DNA of 63,627 nucleotides, counting the filler, from Perkinsus chesapeaki ATCC PRA-425 (lineage: Eukaryota > Protista > Perkinsozoa): assembly GCA_013115145.1 (NCBI GenBank). It is 9 parts of 9 records of this genome, joined end to end, with 100 filler letters (N's around TTAATTAATTAA, not from the genome) between each part and the next. Parts side by side here need not be neighbours in the genome. Positions count along the whole stretch, not along the records: positions 50,622 to 52,248 come from JAAPAO010001858.1; positions 52,349 to 60,113 come from JAAPAO010001013.1; positions 60,214 to 62,483 come from JAAPAO010001641.1; 6 more parts are not named here. One strand, 5' to 3'. The position numbers and the translations under genes are program-made. Of this stretch, positions 51,622-61,990 are shown piece after piece. A model generated the notes under the pieces. It was not told the origin of the DNA, searched no databases, and saw only the letters and a program-made list of their open reading frames with translations. Each line of letters starts with the position of its first letter. Position 1 is the stretch's first letter.

Positions 51622-53007
51622 CACCTGTGCGTCCGCATTCCATCTGTGGATGCTTGCATTCTGACAATGTTCGACTCTGTGCAATGCCCAGAATATGTAG
51701 TAAAGGATCCAAGATCAAGAAGTTAGTCCCACAAGCTTGAGTAGAGTATGTTACGCACTGAAGTGGTGCTTATCGCGTCCTGGTATCTTTAAATTGACTA
51801 TTGCAGTAATAATTGTGTGGAACGAGACAGCACTACTGTCGCTGGATCAGAACTTTGTGTTAAGGTTGTTCCAGTGTGCCCGCATACCCTGCGGAGCCAA
51901 CAGTATTAGCTTGTACAAAATGTAAAACTAAGAACCTTTGCCCGGAGTATTGACCAATGATGAGAGATTTAGCATTAGTACTTGAGATTCTCCAACTTGA
52001 GTGGTATTGAGGTGGCCTCTGAACATAATCGGCGCCACAAACCTCCGGTTACTAGCCTGCACTCAAACGGAGTTGATTAGGTGGCCCTCTGAACTGTGTC
52101 TGCGAGCGAAGTTCTAGTGAACATGCCAACCCACACCGGAAAAGAGGAGTAGGATAAGTAGCAGTACCCCTGAGGGACTCTCTCCGAACCGTCTAATAAG
52201 ATACACTCGAGGGGTCTCGAACACAATTAAATAGAGATCTTGTCATTANNNNNNNNNNNNNNNNNNNNNNNNNNNNNNNNNNNNNNNNNNNNTTAATTAA
52301 TTAANNNNNNNNNNNNNNNNNNNNNNNNNNNNNNNNNNNNNNNNNNNNTCGGGCCGTTTCTCCTAGAGGGGCGGAGCGATGTAAAATATACAGTGACATT
52401 ATCTTCATATGCCCTACACTTGTTTAGGGTTTCTTATTCTTACTATGGATTTATTCTGTGAACAAAGATAGCGCTCAAGTTGTGCAACTCAATTTATTTC
52501 CCCATTGAGTGCATAGCGACGCTGTGATACCGTGTTTACTCAATTATCAAGATCCCCACTCTAAACTGAGATTTGAGATTCGGGCGCTTCTCCCCGAGAA
52601 GTTGGGTGACTCTAAACATCCAAGTGGTTTTTTGCATTCGATTTGCATCCCTCCTTTGTTTATCAGACATTTCTTGATGACCCCAATGGAGCTCCCGGTG
52701 TTCCAACCTTTTAACTGTCCAGCACGGCAACAAGCTACTGGCCGACAACTGTTTTTCTTGCGAGTGGCTACAACAGGCCCCCACATAGGGCCGACGACGA
52801 GTTCAGAATGTAATACCATCAACTTGAAACGTTTATGAATCACAGCTGGCTCTTATGAATCCCAGCTTGACGCTTGCAAGATAAATGGAAGGTCCATACG
52901 CTGTGTATACCCTGGTAGGTGGTCATGCGAGTATTCACGCATTGTCCTCCGCGATCATGTATGTTTGTAGATCTTCGAGTTATATAACTTCTCTGCCATG
53001 AATGCTG

Positions 53008-53029
53008 GTTATTCTGAATAACTTATTCA
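53008..53029. other. Perfect hairpin-excision scar (8-mer GTTATTCA)
   Basis: gttattc-tgaataac-ttattca. Confidence 0.88.
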
Positions 53030-53237
53030 ATGATCACAGCTTTAATCTTTCAAGTTCGCAGTCTGTTGCCCTAGGTTTTGTTGTTCCTTAAGGTGCGGCG
53101 TCTCCAGCTTGTCGGACTGTCCCGCCCGGGCACAGTGATTTGTGTAATACGAATTGTGTTTGGTTGAGATTTGGAAGCTACCAAGCATTCTAATATGTCT
53201 AGCATACATTGAACTCCTAGCTTGTATTGTGACTGCG

Positions 53238-53259
53238 GTGGTGTCACACCACTGGTGTG
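53238..53259. other. Perfect hairpin-excision scar (8-mer GTGGTGTG)
   Basis: gtggtgt-cacaccac-tggtgtg. Confidence 0.85.
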
Positions 53260-53342
53260 CACATGCGGTGCTGACTCTGAGTTACATCGGCCACACACGC
53301 CCCTTTTCAGTTTTGCTTACGACCTACATGCGCCATTCTCAC

Positions 53343-53376
53343 ATGTTCACTGAACATGTCAATGAACATTGTTCAG
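53343..53376. other. Compound hairpin-excision scar (8-mer ATGTTCAG) with a 12-nt templated insert
   Basis: atgttca-ctgaacat-[gtcaatgaacat]-tgttcag. Confidence 0.7.
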
Positions 53377-54466
53377 GCTTCTATCAGTTTCTCGCTGCTT
53401 ACAAATGTCTGGCCGAAACTGGCGCTGTACGCACGGAGGATCGGGGAATCGTGTACAAGGTAACTACGCCATTTTTATTTCTGGGATGTTTTGAACATCC
53501 TATTCAGCGTTGTTAAAATGAAATGTTTCTCTTCAGATATCCTAGCACTGCATACATAGTGTGAAGCGTGGTCTTTCATGATGTGCTCAGACCATTGCTC
53601 ACCCGTGAAGATTATTCTCACCAGTCTGACCTGGGTCTGCTGACACGTGGCAGTGTTATGACTGGCTTTCAAAGAGACCGCTTGCAGAATTTCGACTGGC
53701 TAAAACTGCATCGCGATCTTCCCTCACTGGCTGAGGCTCAGGCTCACTCTTGCCATGGTTGACTTGTTCGACTTCCAACTTGCTCAACTATAGTGTACGC
53801 TTAGCACTTCAAGCTCAAACGGTTAATGTTCTTGTCGCATGATATTCATCACTTGAGCTATTGTGCTCCTAGCGACGGCGCGACAGCGTTTCGTGTAGCT
53901 CTAGCTCACTCACGTATTAATCTCACCGCGCTTAGCATTCTACACTGTGCGGTGTATTCTTGAGGGAGTTGTTTCGAGTTTTTCACAATATGTTGAGGAA
54001 GTTAGGTGTGGATGGCTGAACCTCAATTGTTTTGTGCATTACGCACCCTATGAATTTAACTTCGCTCGCCCGAGTATCTTTGTGCGTGTATACGTGCAAT
54101 AAGATTTGTGTTTGTTGATCGATTATGTTTGTGCTTGCGTACCCCCGTTTCAAGTTCAAATGTTCCAAAAAAGAATTTGGGCTGCGCTATGTGATCTCTT
54201 GTTGTTAGCTTTTATCCATTTAATGCCGATAGCCCCACATCAATCCTTGTAGTTCCCTATCGAAGCAGCGCTGCTTACGGTATTATGGTCTTTATCATCT
54301 GGGCATTTCTTCTCCTGGCGTTTGACGTTGGTGACGGGCTGTCGCCATCGTGGCGCTCTCATATCTCTGCTCGGTACTTCAACTATTACTCATGTGTAAG
54401 TACGCAATTCAGTTCATGCTTTTTGAAACAAATTAAATGCATGCTTGCAGGTTCCTATTCTCGCTC

Positions 54467-57330
54467 TTACATCATATCTCTCAAGATTACAAGCGACCTG
54501 AGGCGGTGTGGAGTGAGCCTTCTACGGCGATTCCTTGCTATGTTGGTTGCCACCGAGAAACAAGATTCTGAAGATATTGACGTCGTTGGCACCGAACCAA
54601 GTATTAGCGCAAGTCTTTGTACTTCGCCGAGGTCTGCTGCTGCCTGCCAGAATTGAGTGTATTTGCAAGGCTCTCTAAGAGGCCCTTTGTAAGTATCCTC
54701 TAAAGTGCGCGCTCTCGTCTCGTAGATGCCTAGTTGGGCTCTTAGTCTAGCGGTCTTGTCCTCATCGTCGCCGACTCTAGCAATAGGCTGTTTTCTACGG
54801 GCTCTGGTAGCAAAGCTGGCAAACACGTCGTCTTCTTCTTCGTCCGCATGCTCGATATCAGTATTTTCTTCCTCTTCAGGCATATCTTCGTCCCAATTCA
54901 TATCATTTATGCATTTTATCACTGCCTCCCGTCCTTCTTCGTCAGTGACCTTAGCATATTGGGGGTAGGTCACGTTTCTGGTTTCAGGGAGCAAATAGTT
55001 CCCTGCACGTACCCATTTGTTAGTCTTTGTGTATTGAAAATACTTCTCCACTTCAGGTACCAGCAGCTTTTGGAGGTTTTGATAGAAACAAGTTTCATTA
55101 TCACGGTTGATCGAGTCGTCTTGAAGGAAGGACTTGAGGAAGCCGACGACGGAGTACAGCCGTGGAAGGGTCGGATAATGAGTAGCAGCCAGGTATTTAC
55201 AAGCTTCCGAGAATGGTCTTAAGACCTTCACTATATCACGCATACTATAGTAGTCCTTAGGTTCGAACGCATACTCCAACACGGTGTCGAAGATTTGGCC
55301 ATTAATTTTGGAGTTTTTGATCTTGGACTGAAAAGCGTCGAAAGACAGTTCGTTCTTGAGAACATTCTCAACCATTGCCAAGGTACTGTTCCATCTTGTA
55401 GGTGTATCGATCATGTAGTTCATATTAGGTTTGCCAACTTCAGGCAGCTCGCCTCTGACATCCTCCATGAGTTTGGCCGCCTTGCCGGAGACTCTCAACA
55501 TTGTCAGCATCTTTCTGCATTTGGTCAAGACATTGTGAATCCTATGCTGATTACGAGAAGTCTTCTTCGCTTCTAAGCCGTCAAGCCAAGCTGCATCATC
55601 TTCGGGTGACCACTCGTCGTCCGGTTCACTGCCCTCCTGGTCACTGTAGACAGCATCATGGTGGTTAGCATTCTCGTCATCATCTCTGTCTTGGTTCTGG
55701 TTGTTGCCAGGGGTATCCTCTCGGTTGTTATTCTGGTCGACTTCGGGAGCATTCTCTTTGTGGACGGCACCAACGAATAGTTTCAGAGCATTCGAAACAG
55801 CCAGATGGAGTCGGTGCCCAGCGCAGGGTAACCAGCATACCATATTGTTGAGGCGATACCTTCGGTCAAGATCAGGCTCGGCGTCATTGAGGTCTGCTTT
55901 GTCCTTGTCTTCGGCTTTCCGGCTGCCAAGTAGAAGTTTCGTGGCAGCTCGACGTATGTCTGACCCTGAGTCTGTTACAACGAAGGCTACCTGAGAGGAA
56001 ACTAGTCCTGCCAGTAGTGGCAGTAGTGTCATCTTGCCTTATCAACTATCTCCATCTTCAACAGAGTTTTGTAAATGACGTCAGCCAGGTTAACCGCTGT
56101 GTGGTCCTCTGTGATTTCCTCAAGCCCGATTATCGTCGACTTCATTACCGTCTTGGTTGGTTGTTCTTGATCCTCTGGGCAATGGTGTACGACGACGCCC
56201 ATCACGCTTTGGTTGGATTTTCTTTGCCATGAATCGGCTGTGATGGAAACAACACTCTGCTTCTGTAAAATATTTTTGGCATTCTCTATGCGGTCTTGAA
56301 GTTGGTCATCAAGAAGTCTGAATGAGTGCAAATTCAGGTGGTTTACACCTGCTCGTATTCTACCTCCCAATTTGTCTCCGACTTGGTATTTTGTAGTCCT
56401 TTCCTCCTCTGCTTGCTGTCAAGTACTTCACCAGGGCCACGAATCCTTGGCGATCGACAGTGCATAGAGGAAGTCCGTCGAGTACAATCTATGCAAAGCT
56501 TAATTCAACCCTTATCATACAGAGTCTCTTACCATTTGAACTATCAAATCAGTTATTTTTTTGAAATCCCCGTCTGTTAGAAATTTCTGCATGAAAGTGG
56601 GCTTCTGTGCAGCTGCGGCTGGCTGGGTGGCCTTCTTGTAGCAAGGGTGGGTCTTCAGACTGCTATACCCTTTGTTGAGCGAGAGCCTCTTTTTGCATTT
56701 GAGGCATACGGCATTTTTGCCGTCATTTTCCTTCCGAAAATATGTGTTGAACTTGTCAAATCCATCACAGTGTTCACTGTTTCCCTCTGCATATCGGAAT
56801 GCTAGTGTACATCTATCTGTATCTTACTTTTTGGGTTTTTAGCCTTCGGGCTTGAGTTCACTGTGTCTGGCGATGTTGCGCCACCCGACTCTGGTTCTTC
56901 TCGGCAACGCTTTGTTATTGGTGTTCCTGCAACAGTCTCCTTCATCTTTTTCCTATTTTGAGTTCCGCCGAGTCCGGGGGGTAAACCAGGAGTCGAACCT
57001 GAACAAATCTTATAATGTTACAGTCCCAAACTCATCACGCGAGAGAAATCCAGTGCAACGACGAAGTAAGTGGAGTATATACCATATACTATCTCACGTT
57101 GGATTCCCGGAGTTGGTGAGAGATTCTCTAGTCTGATAATTGGCCACTTAGGGGATTTGTCGACACCTAAAGCAAATATTGTTCCCGGTGATATGCGTTT
57201 CCCCGAGTCATTCACGTGGTCAATGACCACTGACCGTTGGCGACCATATCTTCCTACTCAGCTCAGCGGGCCCTGATAATTCAGATGAGGACGCGGATGA
57301 GGACGAGGATGAGGACGAGGAGGAGAACAT
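54467..57330 (-). mobile_element. hAT-superfamily transposase gene with spliceosomal introns; start at 57330 inferred; TIRs not located
   Basis: BED-like CLKC...H.C finger (about 56640-56720); D.LP..V...GF and YKIPSR; ITADSW (D), VVTDSG (D), CAGH (CxxH), TRWNS, SSESCFS (E); C-terminal dimerisation-like segment. Confidence 0.93.
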
Positions 57331-57343
57331 TCAACGTTCGAAA

Positions 57344-57365
57344 CTAGGAATTTCCTAGTAGGAAA
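57344..57365. other. Perfect hairpin-excision scar (8-mer CTAGGAAA) just upstream of the inferred hAT start codon
   Basis: ctaggaa-tttcctag-taggaaa. Confidence 0.88.
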
Positions 57366-58174
57366 TGATTCAATCACCGTGATTGAAATGCATTCCAGTT
57401 TTCTCAATATGGGGATAGTCCGTGGAGTTTAAGAAGTGGCCTATATGTGACGCGCGAAATATGAAACGGTTGGAGTTAGTGCCTCCAACTTAGTGCTTTT
57501 AAAGTCGCGACCGGTAATCCCATTGCGATTATCCCAACTTCAGGCAGGGCAGGTGCCTTTAGTAAGGGGCCTTCACACAGAGTTGCACTGACCCAGAGAG
57601 TCAAGTTGGTTGCAAGCCGGGGCCGAGTCAAATGAAACGGCTGGTTGCAATAGCGCTCGTCCTGTCACGCGTTCTCTTAACACCGAGTGTTTTGATCTAC
57701 CCAGACAGAATAATGCTCCGTGGAGGAGTGATCGGGGCTTATAGGACGTAGTTTGCCGAAGGATGTGAGATAAGGTTCCTTGGCCATGGTATTTCCGATC
57801 CTTTTTCGCAAGTAGGCCAGAACACAAAATACCGCTGAGCCGATGGAGCCAGCCTACACATAAACCTCTCCCATAAAATTGGTGGATGCACTTGTCCCGA
57901 GACTGAGCGCATATCACATAAGAGTAACTGTATAATACAGTCCTTACTAGAAGGATTCCGAGTAGCAGCTACTTAGCGTAGCAGTAAATATGATTCCGCA
58001 TACACGGAGGCGTTTCTGAGACAAAAGTACTAACGAAATACTCGGCACAGGAGATAAAACGGTTTGGGAGAGAGTAATCGGACTTGGCAAAGGATGACCA
58101 TATTCGGATTACTCTTTCGATTGAGCAATTGTCCAGGTCTCAACAAGTGGGACTGTGACTCTTCCTAGGGAGGG

Positions 58175-60113
58175 GGCTTCGAGGGAGAACGCGTAGAATA
58201 TGATTTAATGTGTGCGCGGTGACATTGATCGCAAAGAGGTGTATCTTAACTTGTTCACCAGGAAAGACTAGCCCGACTTGAACACAACTCTGATAAGACT
58301 GTGCCTTGCATGAACTCGAATAGGCAGCCAGAGATGGAAAAGTAGCATATTACATGCTATAGTGCGTGCAGGAGGGACTTTGAGGGAAATAGCGCGATGC
58401 GGGCTCTAGTGTCTGCGTGGTGACACCGATCACAGAGATAACTTGTTCACCAGGCAAAACTGGAGTGACTTCAACGCAACTCTGATACGACTGTGCCTTG
58501 TGGACTCGAATTCGTGGCTAAACTTCCAGGGAAATAACGTAGGTAACTAGTGCGACACGTGCTCTTCTGCCTGAGCAGTGGCATCGATCGCAGAAAGGTG
58601 CACTCTAGTTTGTTCGCCAGTGAAGGCAAGAGCGACTTGAACACAATTATGATAAAACTGTGCCTTGTAGAAACTCGAATAGGTAGCCAAAGGTGGAAAA
58701 GTGGCATAGCACGTGCTCTGATGCATGCGCAAAAGGCTTCGAGGGAGAACGCGTAGAATATGATTTAATGTGTGCGCGGTGACATTGATCGCAAAGAGGT
58801 GTATCTTAACTTGTTCACCAGGAAAGACTAGCCCGACTTGAACACAACTCTGATAAGACTGTGCCTTGCATGAACTCGAATAGGCAGCCAGAGATGGAAA
58901 AGTAGCATATTACATGCTATAGTGCGTGCAGGAGGGACTTTGAGGGAAATAGCGCGATGCGTGCTCTAGTGTCTGCGTGGTGACACCGATCACAGAGATA
59001 ACTTGTTCACCAGGCAAAACTGGAGTGACTTCAACGCAACTCTGATACGACTGTGCCTTGTGGACTCGAATTTGTGGCTAAACTTCCAGGGAAATAACGT
59101 AGGTAACTAGTGCGACACGTGCTCTTCTGCCTGAGCAGTGGCACCGATCGCAGAAAGGTGCACTCTAGTTTGTTCGCCAGTGAAGGCAAGAGCGACTTGA
59201 ACACAATTATGATAAAACTGTGCCTTGTAGAAACTCGAATAGGTAGCCAAAGGTGGAAAAGTGGCATAGCACGTGCTCTGATGCATGCGCAAAAGGCTTC
59301 GAGGGAGAACGCGTAGAATATGATTTAATATGTGCGCGGTGACATTGATCGCAAAGAGGTGTATCTTAACTTGTTGACCAGGAAAGACTAGGCCTACTTG
59401 AACGCAACCCTGATAAGGCTGTGCCTTGCATGAACTCGAATAGACAGCCAAAGATGGAAAAGTAGCATAGTACATGCTATAATGCGTGCAGGAGGGACTT
59501 TCAGGGAAATAGCGCGGTGCGTGCTCTCATGTCTGCGCGGTGACACTGATCACAGAGATAACTTGTTCACCAGGCAAAACTGGAGTGACTTCAACGCAAC
59601 TCTGATACGACTGTGCCTTGTGGACTCGAATTCGTGGCTAAACTTCCAGGGAAATAACGTAGGGAACTAGTGCGACACGTGCTCTACTGCGTGCGCAGTG
59701 GCACCGATCGCAGAAAGGTGCACTCTAGTTTGTTCGCCAGTGAAGGCAAGAGCGACTTGAACACAATTATGACAAAACTGTGCCTTGTAGAAACTCGAAT
59801 AGGTAGCCAAAGGTGGAAAAGTGGCATAGCACGTGCTCTGATGCATGCGCAAAAGGCTTCGAGGGAGAACGCGTAGAATATGATCTAATATGTGCGTGGT
59901 GACATTGATCGCAAAGAGGTGTATCTTATCTTGTCGACCAGGAAAGACTAGGCCTACTTGAACACAACCCTGATAAGGTTGTGCCTTGCATGAGCTCGAA
60001 TAGACAGCCAAAGATGGAAAAGTAGCATAGCACATGCTACAATGCGTGCAGGAGGGACTTTCAGGGAAATAGCGCGGTGCGTGCTCTCATGTCTGCGCGG
60101 TGACACTGATCAC
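58175..60113. repeat. 560-bp higher-order tandem repeat (~3.5 copies, runs into gap) built from 201+158+201-bp diverged monomers
   Basis: The anchor ggcttcgagggagaacgcgtag recurs at 58175, 58735, 59295 and 59855. An internal monomer core (ttgttc.cca...gactt.aac.caa.t.tgata..actgtgccttg) occurs three times per unit. Confidence 0.95.
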
Positions 60114-60769
60114 NNNNNNNNNNNNNNNNNNNNNNNNNNNNNNNNNNNNNNNNNNNNTTAATTAATTAANNNNNNNNNNNNNNNNNNNNNNNNNNNNNNN
60201 NNNNNNNNNNNNNAGACGCGTCTAGAGCGCTGACTCAGGGCTGGCGGTGGATGCACAGATGCATAACAGGGCGAGTTAGGTGGGCTGGGGGTCCAGCGAC
60301 AGGCTTCCCCACATGAGAACGCGTATGTGAGCGCTGATCTCTGTGCGGGTCGCGGTTTGCGGGTTTCCCGATAGGGGCCAAGGATTTGTGTTCAAGTATT
60401 TGTTTTCGCCGTAGGGCGGAGGGTGAGAGGGTTTCTCTGAGTTCCAGGGCAAGCCAGGGAACGCGTCTTAGAGCGCTGATCCCGGCAGGGCCGATGCTGG
60501 ACTTTCTATGAGGGGGCGCTGGGGGATTTACTCCGCCAGGGGTGTGTTAATATGTGCGCCGCGCAGTGTGATCTCCAGTAGAGATGGCATACATTGGGGG
60601 TAGCTTATCCGGGGCTTTTGGGAACGCGTCTTGGAGCGCTGATCTCGTTACCTCGGGTTTTCACTTACCTGCCTGTGATGTGTGCTTAGTGGAGAGTGTG
60701 TTGAGGGCGTGGGGCCTTCGGGTGAGTTTTCCGGTAGCGAAGTGTGTCTGGGGGACAAGGTTTGTGTGC

Positions 60770-60791
60770 GAGCTGACTCAGCTCAGCTGAG
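60770..60791. other. Perfect hairpin-excision scar (8-mer GAGCTGAG)
   Basis: gagctga-ctcagctc-agctgag; copy 1 has the single 8-mer (ctcagctc at 47855-47862). Confidence 0.93.
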
Positions 60792-60952
60792 TCTTGTGCG
60801 GTAGTTCAGCTACGGTGGCTAGGCGATGTTTGCCAGTTGTCCTTGGGATGTAGCGCGTTTGGGTTTACACTCGCGGGGCCGCCGTAGGGCGGTGCAGTTA
60901 CTTGAAACGGTTAGTTGTTCTTAGCCTTTGTTATAAACTTATTTGCCTATTG

Positions 60953-61990
60953 ATGCCCGGCGACCTGACCCCCGAATCTTTCCGGGAGTATGCATCTGCT
61001 GATTGCTCGGAAGTCATGGCTTCAAGGGCGGTAGATGCTTTGATGCTGATAGGTGCCGAGAAGCTCACTGATGTCTCGAATGTGCTGGACAATGAGACCC
61101 TCATGAAGGCGTTTGACGGTGAATACTTCCCGGAAGATCAGGGTGACGCTGAGGCGGTGGAAAGGGCTATGGCGCTCATGCGGGTCCGCAGTGAGCTGAA
61201 GAATGTGTCGGAGGCTCTGATGGGAAAGAAACTACCCCCGCCGCAGCTGCGGGCTGATTATCTTTCACGCGCCGCGGAGCGCTTTGGTGCCCCTATATCG
61301 TCTAACTTGGTGGGGGACGGGTCTATGTTACCAGCAGTGGTGCAGGACCCCGGTTTGTACAGGCCCTTGAGGATTCCGGTAGAGGAGATTGGTCAAGAGG
61401 CCATGGGCAAGGAGGAGTCAGCTGACGGAGTCGTCGACATGTTATTGAGAAGAAGAGTGAAGACTCGGGATCCGAGAAGCATGTCGGAGCTCCTGACGTT
61501 GCTGGGCCCGTGGTTGGCGGCTGTGGAGGTGGTGTGCTCGGCCCGGCGCGGGGCGTCTTCCTTGGAATATGTTGTTTTCTTGGCTAAGATCACTATGTCC
61601 TGGGGAGAGGCGGCGGCCCTAAGTTTTGATGTGGCCTTTCGCAAGAGGTTGGCAGTGCTGGCTCGCAAGAGAGCCCAAGATGACAACTGCAGCTATCCTG
61701 AGGCAGTAATTATATGTTTATCTAATGTGGAGACGCTGGCGAGTGGTGACCTGGTTGCGCTGTCCGCTCTAAGAAGTGGCGGGCGAGGGGGGCCGGTTTC
61801 TCCGTCTCGGAACGAAGGCCTCCAAGGCGGGCGGTTTGGTCCCAAGAACGGCAAGGCTTGGCTTCCTAAGAAGGAGGGGGTAGGTAAATTCAATAAGAGC
61901 GAATGCTCTTACCTGGCTAAAGGCATTTGTTTTTTCCCGCCGTCGCGCCACTCGGGTAAGCGCGCTCGAGAGGGCGCTGAGAAGAAGTAG
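60953..61990 (+). CDS. gag-like ORF1 of DIRS-like copy 2, intact
   Basis: Open frame from MPGDLT to ...ICFFPPSRH...AEKK*; the first Cys of the copy-1 CCCH-like motif is Gly here. Confidence 0.88.
   Translation: MPGDLTPESFREYASADCSEVMASRAVDALMLIGAEKLTDVSNVLDNETLMKAFDGEYFPEDQGDAEAVERAMALMRVRSELKNVSEALMGKKLPPPQLRADYLSRAAERFGAPISSNLVGDGSMLPAVVQDPGLYRPLRIPVEEIGQEAMGKEESADGVVDMLLRRRVKTRDPRSMSELLTLLGPWLAAVEVVCSARRGASSLEYVVFLAKITMSWGEAAALSFDVAFRKRLAVLARKRAQDDNCSYPEAVIICLSNVETLASGDLVALSALRSGGRGGPVSPSRNEGLQGGRFGPKNGKAWLPKKEGVGKFNKSECSYLAKGICFFPPSRHSGKRAREGAEKK

Noticed and set aside
56985-57000. GGTTCGACTCC B-box/T-loop-like sequence on the minus strand
   Set aside because: No cloverleaf or A-box; lies in a probable hAT 5' exon.
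18883-57387. Isolated 7-9 bp inverted repeats with a 1-nt spacer (18883, 27382, 50371, 57216, 57369)
   Set aside because: They lack the third arm. About 4 such 7-bp palindromes are expected by chance, so they are not counted as scars.
53900-58100. Search for hAT terminal inverted repeats and an 8-bp TSD
   Set aside because: No convincing pair found by eye; boundaries left undefined.
58175-60113. Possible CRISPR-like array (also considered for the 4x leader motif and the 22-bp repeat)
   Set aside because: Units are full tandem copies without unique spacers of uniform length, there are no cas genes, and the context is eukaryotic.
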